DNA of 64,000 nucleotides from Nitrospirota bacterium (lineage in GTDB: Bacteria > Nitrospirota > UBA9217). The notes under the pieces were generated by a model. The model saw nothing but the letters and a program-made list of their open reading frames with translations, searched no databases and was not told where the DNA came from. How positions within the stretch are numbered: position 1 is the stretch's first letter; each line of letters opens with the position of its first letter. Of the stretch, positions 54,606 through 63,374 are shown one piece after another. A program made the position numbers and the translations under genes. Location of the stretch: NCBI GenBank assembly GCA_963790205.1, contig CAWBNQ010000014.1, positions 64,001 to 128,000 on the forward strand, read 5' to 3'.

Positions 54606-56258
54606 TTATGCTTTTACGATCGCTCCGGTATTGGCGGACGTAACAACCTTTGCATACCGGGCGAGCCAGCCCGACTTTATTTTCGGTTCCCGCGGCTTCC
54701 ATTTTGCCAGCCGCTTCCTGATCTCCGTGCCGGATAATTTTACTTCCAGCTTTCGACCCGGGATATCGAGAACGATCTTGTCCCCGTTCCGCACGATCGC
54801 GATCGGCCCGCCCTCCGCAGCCTCGGGCGAGATGTGTCCGATGCACGGGCCGCGCGTACCGCCCGAGAACCTTCCGTCGGTCAACAGCACAACCGATTCG
54901 CCGAGCCCCATGCCGGAGATGGCCGACGTGGGGGAGAGCATCTCGCGCATGCCCGGCCCGCCTTTGGGCCCTTCATAGCGGATCACGACTACCTGTCCCG
55001 CCTTGATCCTGTTCGCGAGGATGGCCTTCATGGACTCTTCTTCGGAATCGAACACGACGGCCGTCCCCTCGAACTTTTTCATGGTGTCGCTCACCGCCGT
55101 CTGCTTCACCACGCAGCCGTTCGGCGCAAGGTTGCCCTTGAGCACCGCGATCCCGCCCTCTTTGTGATAGGCGTTTTTCAAGGTCCGGATGACATCATCG
55201 TTCCCGACCTTGCCTGCCTTTGCGTGGTCGATGATCGATCTGCCGCTCACCGTGCGCGAAGGCTTGAGCACCTTGGTGAAACGGGATAATACTCCCGGTA
55301 TGCCGCCTGCCGCATCCAGGTCCTCCATATAGGTGGGACCTCCGGGCAGCATGTTGCACAGGTGCGGCGTCGTACGGCTGATTTTATCAAACGTGTCGAT
55401 CGATAATTCGATACCTGCTTCATGCGCAATGGCCGGGATATGGAGCGTGGTATTCGTCGAGCCGCCGAGCGCCATGTCGATCCGGATGGCGTTCTCGAAG
55501 GCGTTCTTCGTCATGATCTTGCGCGGGGTGAGCCCTTCCTTCACCATGCTGACGATCCGTTTGCCGCTGTCAAAGGCGATCCGCCGTTTTTCTCCCGATA
55601 CCGCGAGCGCGGTGGCGCATCCGGGAAGGCTCATGCCGAGCGACTCCGTGACACAGGCCATGGTGTTCGCCGTGTACATCCCCTGGCACGAACCAGGACC
55701 CGGACAGGCGCAGACCTCAAGCTCGGCAAGGTCGGCCTCGGACATTTCTCCTTTTCGCACCTTGCCTACGGCCTCGAACGCACTGATAAGGTTCACGCGG
55801 TTCCCGCGATACTTGCCCGAGTACATGGCGCCGGCGGTCACTACGATCGTCGGGATGTCGAGTCGCGCCGCCGCCATGAGCATGCCCGGCGTGATCTTGT
55901 CGCAGTTCGTGAGCAGCACGAGTCCGTCAAAGGCATGGGCCATGGCCACGGACTCCACCATGTCCGCGATCAATTCGCGGGAGGGCAGCGAATAATGCAT
56001 GCCCATGTGCCCCATGGCAATGCCGTCGCAGATGCCGGGCAGCCCGAAGAACAGCGGCCACCCGCCGCCGGTATGCACGCCTTTCTCTATGAAGCGCTCG
56101 AGGTCGCGCATGCCGATGTGGCCGGGAATGAGGTCGTTCCAGCTCGTGGCAATGCCGATCATCGGCTTGCCGAGTTCGCCCCGGGTGATGCCCGTGGCAA
56201 ATAAAAGAGACCTGTGCGGCGCCCGCTCCAGGCCTTTTTTGATCCTGTCGCTTCTCAA
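54606..56258 (-). CDS. ilvD: Dihydroxy-acid dehydratase
   Basis: [40 protein letters not shown] start after AGAGGAG. Confidence 0.97.
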   Translation of the reverse strand: MRSDRIKKGLERAPHRSLLFATGITRGELGKPMIGIATSWNDLIPGHIGMRDLERFIEKGVHTGGGWPLFFGLPGICDGIAMGHMGMHYSLPSRELIADMVESVAMAHAFDGLVLLTNCDKITPGMLMAAARLDIPTIVVTAGAMYSGKYRGNRVNLISAFEAVGKVRKGEMSEADLAELEVCACPGPGSCQGMYTANTMACVTESLGMSLPGCATALAVSGEKRRIAFDSGKRIVSMVKEGLTPRKIMTKNAFENAIRIDMALGGSTNTTLHIPAIAHEAGIELSIDTFDKISRTTPHLCNMLPGGPTYMEDLDAAGGIPGVLSRFTKVLKPSRTVSGRSIIDHAKAGKVGNDDVIRTLKNAYHKEGGIAVLKGNLAPNGCVVKQTAVSDTMKKFEGTAVVFDSEEESMKAILANRIKAGQVVVIRYEGPKGGPGMREMLSPTSAISGMGLGESVVLLTDGRFSGGTRGPCIGHISPEAAEGGPIAIVRNGDKIVLDIPGRKLEVKLSGTEIRKRLAKWKPREPKIKSGWLARYAKVVTSANTGAIVKA

Positions 56259-56289
56259 GAATTAAGTACTCCTCTTGTAGTAACGTTCG

Positions 56290-56410
56290 AACGGCGCCGG
56301 TAAAAGCTGCCTGTCAAGGGGCGCGATTCCAGACAAATGAGGCGTACCGAAAAGTACGCCGTAGAGGAAGAACGCCGCTCATCACTGCAAGGGACTTTTT
56401 ACGGACCGTT
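56290..56410. repeat. Degenerate MITE-like palindromic element in the ilvD leader
   Basis: Imperfect ends AACGGCGCCGGTAAAAG / CTTTTTACGGACCGTT; internal GGCGTAC/GTACGCC hairpin. Confidence 0.5.
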
Positions 56411-56516
56411 AATTGTTATTTTTAACATAGATACGGGAACAGAGTCAATAAAAAAATCCCCCCTTACTCTTCATCGTAAAGAGGGATTTCTCTTCTCCGA
56501 ATGGGCAAAAAACACA

Positions 56517-56545
56517 AAAGGCAAGGTTTTTCACCTTGCCTTCTT
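56517..56545 (-). terminator. Terminator after the DUF465 gene
   Basis: AAGGCAAGGT/ACCTTGCCTT stem plus T-run. Confidence 0.7.
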
Positions 56546-56549
56546 GCTG

Positions 56550-56786
56550 TCAGGCCTGACCGACTTTCGAGCGCCTGATGATTTCCATCATTCTGTCTTT
56601 TGCGGCCAGTTTCAGTTTCTGTATTCTCTTCCGCTCCACTTCTTCCTCAGGGGTGAGGTACCGATGGGTTTCAAAACTCATCAGCGTGTTTTCCAGCTGC
56701 CGGTGTTCCTGTTCCCATTTTTGGAACTCTGAATCCTCCACCCTGAGTTTTTCTACAAGTACTTCTTCCCTTACCTCCACATTCAT
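56550..56786 (-). CDS. DUF465/YdcH-family coiled-coil protein
   Basis: EHRQLE, LTPEEE, KLKLAAKD; SD AGGAGG. Confidence 0.85.
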   Translation of the reverse strand: MNVEVREEVLVEKLRVEDSEFQKWEQEHRQLENTLMSFETHRYLTPEEEVERKRIQKLKLAAKDRMMEIIRRSKVGQA

Positions 56787-56911
56787 ATTTCGGCCCTCCT
56801 TTAGGGATTAAAGTCAACGAGAGGCTGAAACACATCTTTTATGCTATGAAAACAGTATCACATTTATAATAAAAAGGCAAGAAGTTCCATTGGTCGGAAA
56901 ATAGAGAGTTT

Positions 56912-57406
56912 CTATGCCGCCTGAGCCAGATCCTCAAGCGCCTTTTGCTCCAGGGCCATGATCACCGCGTCCTCCGTCGGCGAGTCGTAGTAATCCCTCC
57001 GGACGAAGGTGCCGGTAAAACCGAGACCCGAATAGAGCTTCTGGGCCGTTGTATTCGATGCCCTGACTTCGAGAAAAGCCCGTCGGGCGCCTTTGGCGTA
57101 GGCGTCCTTGATTGCATCAAGCACGAGCTGCCGGGCGATCCCGTGCCGCCGGTGCTCCCGAGCAACGGCGAGGTTCAGGAGGTGCATCTCATCCTCGACA
57201 AGCCAGTAGATGATGTAGCCCGTCACCATGCGCGGCGCAGCGCTCGCGAGCGACACAAGGAGCGTTGAGACCCCGGGACTGCGGAATTCGGACAGGAAGA
57301 GATTCCTCGACCAAGGCATGCTGAACGAGGCCTGCTCGATGGCAAGGACCTGGTCGATATCTTCCTTCTTCATGACGGCTATCACGATGTCTGTCTTTTT
57401 TCCCAC
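56912..57406 (-). CDS. rimI: Ribosomal protein S18-alanine N-acetyltransferase
   Basis: IE..SF..PWS, NLAV..RR.GI, LEVRASN, RRDYY...EDA. Confidence 0.93.
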   Translation of the reverse strand: MGKKTDIVIAVMKKEDIDQVLAIEQASFSMPWSRNLFLSEFRSPGVSTLLVSLASAAPRMVTGYIIYWLVEDEMHLLNLAVAREHRRHGIARQLVLDAIKDAYAKGARRAFLEVRASNTTAQKLYSGLGFTGTFVRRDYYDSPTEDAVIMALEQKALEDLAQAA

Positions 57407-58077
57407 GCCACCTCGGCCTCCGGCCTGCGGATGTACAGCGGAGTCAGGCTGTCCGGGTCAATCTGCTTTCCGTTGTTGATCATGTCGAGGCCACGTTCAG
57501 CCACGGTCGCGGCGGAAGGCAGGGCCGCGGAAAGCGGCGCGAACAGGGCCGCAGTGCCGAACTGTTTCTCGATTTCCCGGCGGTAGAGGTGCGCGGCCTC
57601 GCCGGTGAAAAGGGTCTTTCTGGATATTTTTTCGGCAAGCCCTCGAATTGGTATCGTCATCTCCGGCATGACCTGTGTAAAAGCCGCTCCGTCGAAGGTA
57701 TAGAGCGCCGCATATACCTCGTTCTTTCGCGCATCGAGCATGGGGCACACGGGGTAGGCGGCATAAGGCAGGTTCCAGGCAAGCGCCTGGAGCGTGGGCA
57801 CGGCGGCGACCGGTTTGCCCGTGGCAAACGCGAGCCCCTTGACCGTGGAGAGGCCGATCCTGAGTCCGGTGAACGAACCCGGCCCGATGGCGACGGCAAA
57901 GCCCCCGAAGTCGGCTATCCTAAGCCCCGTGTCCTTGAGCACCCGGTCCACGGTGGACATCAACCGTTCGGAGTGCGTGACTTCGATGTTCAGGCTGTAC
58001 TGCGCGATGACCCCGTCATCTGATACGATGGCCACGCTGCCGGTCTTGGTCGAGGTCTCGATACCGAGGATGTACAT
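57382..58077 (-). CDS. tsaB: tRNA threonylcarbamoyladenosine biosynthesis protein TsaB
   Basis: LGIETS, HSERL, GPGSFTGLRIG, DARKNEVY, PLYIR. Confidence 0.96.
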   Translation of the reverse strand: MYILGIETSTKTGSVAIVSDDGVIAQYSLNIEVTHSERLMSTVDRVLKDTGLRIADFGGFAVAIGPGSFTGLRIGLSTVKGLAFATGKPVAAVPTLQALAWNLPYAAYPVCPMLDARKNEVYAALYTFDGAAFTQVMPEMTIPIRGLAEKISRKTLFTGEAAHLYRREIEKQFGTAALFAPLSAALPSAATVAERGLDMINNGKQIDPDSLTPLYIRRPEAEVAWEKRQTS

Positions 58078-58084
58078 GGTCGAT

Positions 58085-58113
58085 ACCTTACCGTAAAAGG
58101 TCTTTCATGTCAA
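58085..58113 (-). promoter_or_regulatory. sigma70 promoter of tsaB, probably leaderless
   Basis: TTGACA-17-TAAGGT, 7 nt before ATG. Confidence 0.65.
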
Positions 58114-58117
58114 AAGC

Positions 58118-58176
58118 AAAAAACGCCGCCGTGAGGGGCGCGTTTCTCAGCGACCCTCTCGACGGCTTGGTTAGAA
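58118..58176 (-). other. Integron attC site (terminal)
   Basis: R'' TTCTAAC, GCCG.CGAG.GGG / CCC.CTCA.CGGC stem, then G|TT followed by chromosomal sequence. Confidence 0.75.
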
Positions 58177-58236
58177 TTTTCACATGAGGCATTCAGGGTT
58201 TTACTTGTTTCCAGTCGCAATGCTAATACAAACGCA

Positions 58237-58772
58237 CTAAGTAATGTTACAAAGTCGCCTGACTTTGTGCTTTGACCACGAGTCAAGCGTCCTTTGGACC
58301 GTTGCCCAGATTGCGTCAAGGTTATCAAACCACCGGTTGGTAGTTGATTCATAGCGAATCTGGCGCCATATGCGTTCCTGCATATTCAAGGCAGGCTGAT
58401 ATGGTGGTAAGTACACAATCCGGAGTCGTTTATGCTTTCTGAGAAACTCCCGGATTGGGTCACCCCTATGCCAACGAGCTCGGTCAACATACAGCCAGAT
58501 AGTGTAGCCACGAAGCTGGCTATAAAGGTGCCGCAGCACTTTGAGAAAACCTTCTCGGTTGCCACGTTCCGTTTGGATGACGCCGGCACGAGCCAGAAGA
58601 GGAGCCACCCAGCCGGAAACATTCAAACGTTTCTGATGCTGGCTGGTTGTCGGCACTTTCAACCGTTTCCCGATGAGCGCCCAGCCGCGGCCAAGCCGAG
58701 GGTGCAGAGTAAAACCGCATTCGTCCTGAAAAACCACAGTTTCTTTAGGACCCAGCGTTTTGAGTTTTTTTT
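58237..58772 (-). CDS. IS630 transposase DDE half, reached by a frameshift at the A8 run 58765-58772
   Basis: FQDE, DRARWH, LPPYQPALNMQERIW. Confidence 0.88.
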
Positions 58773-59181
58773 AGGCTCCTGGCAAACTTCTTCGCGTCTT
58801 CTGCCTTTGCCTGGAGATAAACGTGATTGGCTCGCTTTAACCGATACCCAAGTTGATGCATCCAGTATTGGGCCTGACGGACTTTCAGCTTTATCCCGAA
58901 CTGGCGCTGTAAATGAGTTGCCAAAGTGGGGCCATCCCATCGAATACGATTTAAGCCGAACTTCTGGGGCGATTCCTCCAGTTGAAGCTCTAGCTGAGCT
59001 ACGATCTTAGGAGTCATCCGAACTGGACGGCCTGACTGCTTTTTCGGGACAAGGGCTTCTACTCCGTCCTTGTTTACCGCCCGCGTCCAGCGGTTTACGT
59101 TCATCCGGACCTGCCCCCCGAAAATAGTGCCATTTCCGATTAGAGTGTGACATAATATCTCACTCGAAAAGGAGGCACCAG

Positions 59182-59448
59182 ATGAAGCAAGGCAAGTACT
59201 CGGAGGAGCAGATTGTCAAAATTTTAAAAGAGGCAGATGCAGGGATAAAGATCCCCGAGCTCTGCCGCAAATACGGATTCAGCGACGCCACCTATTACAA
59301 CTGGAAAGCAAAATACGGCGGCATGGGCGTCAGCGAGGTGAGGCGCCTCAAGCAGCTCGAGGACGAGAACCGACGTTTGAAGCAGATCGTAGCCGATCTG
59401 ACGCTTGATAACCAGGCACTGAAAGCGGTAGTAACAAAAAACTTCTAA
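59182..59448 (+). CDS. IS3 OrfA
   Basis: YSEEQI, CRKYG.S.ATYYNWK.KYGG, LEDENRRLK. Confidence 0.95.
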   Translation: MKQGKYSEEQIVKILKEADAGIKIPELCRKYGFSDATYYNWKAKYGGMGVSEVRRLKQLEDENRRLKQIVADLTLDNQALKAVVTKNF

Positions 59449-60284
59449 CGCCCAAGGCACGGCGGGATGCCGCAGCCTATATCAAAGACTGCTTTGGGCT
59501 GAGTGATCGCCGCGCCAGCCGCCTCGTGGACCTGAGCCGGAACACCCTGCGGTACAAACGGAAACCGGATAAGGACGAAGCACTTCGTACCAGGATGAAG
59601 GAGCTGGCAGCGCAACGCAAACGATATGGTTGCCGCCGGCTCCATAAGTATCTTAAACGCGAAGGTCTGGTCGTAAACAAGAAGCGAACGGAGCGCATTT
59701 ATCGGGAGGAAAACCTCAAAATTCGGGTCCGCAGAAGAAAGAAGCTGGCAGCTCAGGCTCGAATAGAACTTCCCAAGGCAGAGCGGCCGAATCAACTCTG
59801 GGCCATGGACTTTCTTCAGGATGCGCTGCATAACGGGCGAAGGTTTCGGGCGCTTCCGATCATTGATACGTTTACAAGAGAATGTTTCTGGATTGAAGTA
59901 GATACATCGATCGGCGGTAAGCGGGTAGCACAGGTCCTGACCCGGATATCGGCAATTCACGGCCTTCCCGAGCAGATCGTTGTTGATAATGGCCCTGAGT
60001 TCATCAGCAACGCGCTGGATGCGTGGGCATATGAGCGCGGGATCAAGCTACAGTTCATTCGTCCGGGCAAGCCGGTTGATAATTGCTACATGGAGAGCTT
60101 TAACGGCAGATTCCGCGACGAATGTCTGAACGAAAACTGGTTCATGAGCTTGGATCATGCACGAAAGATCATCGAGAATTGGCGGGTCGATTACATGCAG
60201 GTTCGTCTCCACAGCTCTTTAAACGACCTGACGCCTGCTGAATTCAAGCTGCAAGAATTGTCAAAGATCGGTCAAAACCTCTAA
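59445..60284 (+). CDS. IS3 OrfB integrase core, via -1 frameshift at AAAAAAC
   Basis: WAMDF, VDNGPEF, PGKPVDN..ESFNG.FRDECLN. Confidence 0.93.
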   Translation, partial: LTPKARRDAAAYIKDCFGLSDRRASRLVDLSRNTLRYKRKPDKDEALRTRMKELAAQRKRYGCRRLHKYLKREGLVVNKKRTERIYREENLKIRVRRRKKLAAQARIELPKAERPNQLWAMDFLQDALHNGRRFRALPIIDTFTRECFWIEVDTSIGGKRVAQVLTRISAIHGLPEQIVVDNGPEFISNALDAWAYERGIKLQFIRPGKPVDNCYMESFNGRFRDECLNENWFMSLDHARKIIENWRVDYMQVRLHSSLNDLTPAEFKLQELSKIGQNL

Positions 60285-60508
60285 TTGCAAGTGGCACTAC
60301 AAAGGGGGGTAGCTCAATCCGGGTCTGGCCTAGGACTTCTGAGATCCACCCCGGTCGTTGACCCTCCATTACCAAGAGGAGGGTAGCTATCTTTATGCCG
60401 ATCCAAGCTCCTGGCACCTTCTCTGCGAGGGCCAGCAATTGCTCTTTGGACACCTTTATTGGGCTTGCAGGGGATGTTTTCATGCCCCCAGAATAACATA
60501 AAGTATGG

Positions 60509-61279
60509 TTAAAGTGTAACAATATTTACTGCGTTTGTATTAGTGGCCTCATCTGTGCCAGGTGGCAACAATTCAACTTCTCCAGCCATTTCATGAAACT
60601 CAATCTTACGTTCTTCGTGTAGACGACGCAGGAGACGTGTGAAATACGGTTTGCCCTTGTAACCAGTCCATTTTAGAAGGTCGGCAGCACGAACTCTTGA
60701 GGTTGATGAAGCAAGTAGTAGAAGAACTTGACTCCGAAGAGGCAGCTCGGGATTAAGGACTCGGCGTATCTCGCCGGATTGCCACACAAGTGGTAGACGA
60801 CGTTCGGCAAGTTCAGTTACGACGGTTTGAGCTTCACCGGTGCTGACGGCGTGATAAACTCGAACGAGTTCGGCAAGTATCCAACTAGAAATAGAAACGA
60901 CAGCAGAACTGTCCATAAAATCCGGATCTACATCACCACCAACATGGCCGACATTCCGATTATTGCGAATTTCATATAGCGCAGGAAGAAGACGTGGAAT
61001 CAGTATTTGAAAACTTCGAGGTACACCTGCGTTGTTTTCCAGTCTTCGACACGCATCGAGAAAGTTTGGCGGCTTTACTGGTGAAGCAGCATAAGAACCA
61101 CGAGCGTGACCGTCTAGTATTGTGTAAACGATCTCGCAAAAGCGCCCACCCGACAGTTCTGCAGAAGTCCAGCGGCGCTCCGAGAAATTTGAAGTGATCT
61201 GCTTGAACTCAGCTAAAAGTGGCGTTCGAAGGCCATCGGGAATACCTGACAACGCTGTATGTCGCGTTACTGTGCTCAC
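60509..61279 (-). CDS. Cassette protein B: HEPN-like (R..H) domain plus C-terminal winged helix; last codons replaced by IS630
   Basis: GRFCE, LYEIRNNRNVGH. Original end DEATSIATGNK-stop is recoverable at 58201-58225. Confidence 0.75.
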   Translation of the reverse strand: MSTVTRHTALSGIPDGLRTPLLAEFKQITSNFSERRWTSAELSGGRFCEIVYTILDGHARGSYAASPVKPPNFLDACRRLENNAGVPRSFQILIPRLLPALYEIRNNRNVGHVGGDVDPDFMDSSAVVSISSWILAELVRVYHAVSTGEAQTVVTELAERRLPLVWQSGEIRRVLNPELPLRSQVLLLLASSTSRVRAADLLKWTGYKGKPYFTRLLRRLHEERKIEFHEMAGEVELLPPGTDEATNTNAVNIVTL

Positions 61280-61731
61280 AGTGCGCTCTTTCCTTCATCG
61301 GTCACAAAGAATTGCTTTCCATCCTTCTGACAGTATCCTTTAGTGACGTTCTGTTTTAGGCAATCTGTTGGATTACCGAGACGCTTCTGGTTGGCATCGT
61401 TAAGGGCCTTGGTTACGTCGCTCGTCGAAAGTCGGTTCTGTCCCTTTGCTTCTAGCCAAACGGCAGTTGCCAGAAACTTCTTCACTTGTTTCGTGGTTGC
61501 GTTCTTCTCCTGAAGGAACGCGGGGAGCGTCTTCTTAGCGATAGCGTTGTCTTTTCCCATAGGCTTGCGATCACTATCAGCGACATCAGATTCACCTGAG
61601 GCGGGCGCGAGTTGCACCAGTTTTTCGGCTTGCGCTAAAATCTTGTCAAGCTGTTTGGCAACCCAATCCTGTTCGCCTTGCCCTGAAAAAGTAATCTGGC
61701 CAATCTTGATATCTATTTTCGATTCGCTCAT
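61276..61731 (-). CDS. Cassette protein A: small protein with probable C-terminal winged helix
   Basis: Strong SD GAGGAGG; its stop overlaps the protein B start (GTGA); ends KG...FFVTDEG. Confidence 0.8.
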   Translation of the reverse strand: MSESKIDIKIGQITFSGQGEQDWVAKQLDKILAQAEKLVQLAPASGESDVADSDRKPMGKDNAIAKKTLPAFLQEKNATTKQVKKFLATAVWLEAKGQNRLSTSDVTKALNDANQKRLGNPTDCLKQNVTKGYCQKDGKQFFVTDEGKSAL

Positions 61732-61752
61732 TTTCTCCTCCTCTTTTTTGGA

Positions 61753-61808
61753 TTCTAACGCGGAGTTCACACGCCGCGAAGCGGTCGGCGTGGAACGACA
61801 AGTTAACA
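61753..61808 (-). other. Integron attC site
   Basis: R'' TGTTAAC, GTTC.CACGCCG / CGGCGTG.GAAC stem, R' GTTAGAA; 56 bp, directly after a stop codon. Confidence 0.85.
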
Positions 61809-61810
61809 TT

Positions 61811-62218
61811 TTATTTTTCGTATCGCTTGATTACGGTTTCAATTGCCTCTTTGACCTTTGGATCATTCATTGTAGTAGGATTTGCTTTTCGATAAGCAAC
61901 AACCTTACCCATAAGTTTGTTTGTTGCACTTTCATTTTGAGGTAGTAGGCTGACATACAATGGCCTATTAACCAAACCGCTCCAATGCTCAATCAGCTCG
62001 GTATCAAGATCCGATTCAAGTTGTCTTTCCACGCCGCTCATATCATCAGACTTCAGCATTTCAAGTTTTCTCATGGTGAGATATGAGTCTCCTATTGATG
62101 CTTGATAGGCGCGATAAGCATATCCATAGCCCCAGCCGATGAATCCTCCAATCACGAAAGTTCCGCAAATTATCAAGAGACATAAAATACCAATGAGTAT
62201 CTTTCTTGATTTTTTCAT
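61811..62218 (-). CDS. Cassette-borne hypothetical membrane-anchored protein
   Basis: AT-rich, N-terminal TM helix, SD GAGGTG, followed by attC. Confidence 0.78.
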   Translation of the reverse strand: MKKSRKILIGILCLLIICGTFVIGGFIGWGYGYAYRAYQASIGDSYLTMRKLEMLKSDDMSGVERQLESDLDTELIEHWSGLVNRPLYVSLLPQNESATNKLMGKVVAYRKANPTTMNDPKVKEAIETVIKRYEK

Positions 62219-62252
62219 AAACACCTCATCGAGTTCTCGGGTTATTGAGTAG

Positions 62253-62603
62253 TTACAGATAGGCATCTAATACTAGATGCTTTTCCAGTTTTGTTCCTTT
62301 AACATTCCCGTATCGAATGAACCACAGCCTTTTCTCCGGGTTCCATCTGCCTTTCGCCGCCTTCGCGGACTCTTTCAGATCCTTTTCAGCGTATCCGATC
62401 CTCACGGGTACAAGGTCGTTGTCGCCGAGTTTCCGCGCCGACGGGGTCCATGCTGTTTTTTCGACAATGAGTTCCACGGTCTTGAATCTCATGCGGCTCG
62501 CCTCGTCGTACCGGTAGCGCACGCAGACAAGCGCCTCGCCGTGTTCCGCAAGCAGCTTCTTCGTCCCCTTTTGCCCCGGTTTCAGTTTCAGCCGCGTTAT
62601 CGT
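62253..62603 (-). CDS. Hypothetical basic protein at the head of the cassette array (start codon uncertain, ACG)
   Basis: TRLKLKPGQKGTKKL...VCVRYRYD...KTVELIVE...GRWNPEKRLW; protein-like sequence. Confidence 0.6.
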   Translation of the reverse strand, partial: TITRLKLKPGQKGTKKLLAEHGEALVCVRYRYDEASRMRFKTVELIVEKTAWTPSARKLGDNDLVPVRIGYAEKDLKESAKAAKGRWNPEKRLWFIRYGNVKGTKLEKHLVLDAYL

Positions 62604-62827
62604 TGTTTGATCCGTTAGCGCCGTTAAGACAGTCCAGAGTTCTAAGTTCCGAGTGAAAATAGGGTTTCTTGTTGTGATGCACAAAAACCAGTCTTGCGTT
62701 CAAATCCTAAAGCGCGTCTTCAACTGCCTTGGTTCAAACTGCTGCTGCTTCGTGCACAGATGGCGGGTAATTCTACTATGGATGGATGCTGTGATTGGAA
62801 GTAGGTCCGGGATGGGCCTCCCGCCCC

Positions 62828-63224
62828 CTATGGTTCTTTTATCATATATCCCCGCTTGTGCCCCTCAGTGTCCGCACGATGCGCCGCGAGTTCCGTGGAA
62901 ATAGAGTCCATTTTTTTCTCCATGTGCTCCTCAACACGGTCCAGCTTCTCGGAAAGCATTTGGTGCCCTTCGGCTACGAGCTGGAGCTTGTGCTGGAAAT
63001 CCTCGGAGAGAATGAGCTACATGGTGCCGAAAGTCCTCATTGACGTCTTTTCGGAGTTGTCCAAGCTTTGCGTCGATTTTTGTGTCGAATTGACCAAATT
63101 TAGCATCGATTTTCTCGTCAAATTGTCCGAGTTTTGCGGTGGCCTCTCCTTCAAATCGTCCCAACCTGGCATCAACGACGTTTGACACCAACTGTTCTAT
63201 CCGTTTGAAATCGTTTTCTTCCAT
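62828..63224 (-). CDS. Coiled-coil hypothetical protein with 11-aa repeats; frameshift at ~63015
   Basis: IDAKFGQFDTK-type repeats. Removing one base joins FRHHVA-ILSEDFQHKLQLVAEGHQML...AHRADTEGH. Confidence 0.7.
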
Positions 63225-63256
63225 AGAAAAGTCCATCTCCTTGGCAGGATGCGTCG

Positions 63257-63284
63257 ATTATACGGGAGCGAGTTTTTTTGTCAA
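63257..63284 (-). promoter_or_regulatory. Consensus sigma70 promoter
   Basis: TTGACA-16-TATAAT. Confidence 0.75.
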
Positions 63285-63374
63285 GGGCTTCGATGGGGTT
63301 ATTTTGGGGGGAGGCCTTTTACTTCAGTTCGGAGTGCAAAGTTCGGAGTTCGGAGTCCAGAATACCGCCACGAT

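Larger units (their letters stand above)
59107..60316 (+). mobile_element. IS3-family (IS407-like) element
   Basis: Inverted repeats GGACCTGCCCCCC..TAGTGCCA / TGGCACTA..GGGGGGTAGCTCA; 4-bp target duplication ATCC. Confidence 0.92.
58745..60483 (-). pseudogene. IS630 transposase HTH half, split by IS3
   Basis: MKTSPASP...LGQTR joins MNVNRWTRAVNKDG...SGRP after removing IS3 and one ATCC. Confidence 0.88.
58224..60542 (-). mobile_element. IS630-family element, interrupted by IS3
   Basis: 28-nt inverted repeats (TAATACAAACGCA.TAA.TA.TGTTACA, 25/28 match); TA target duplication in a CTAG context. Confidence 0.92.
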
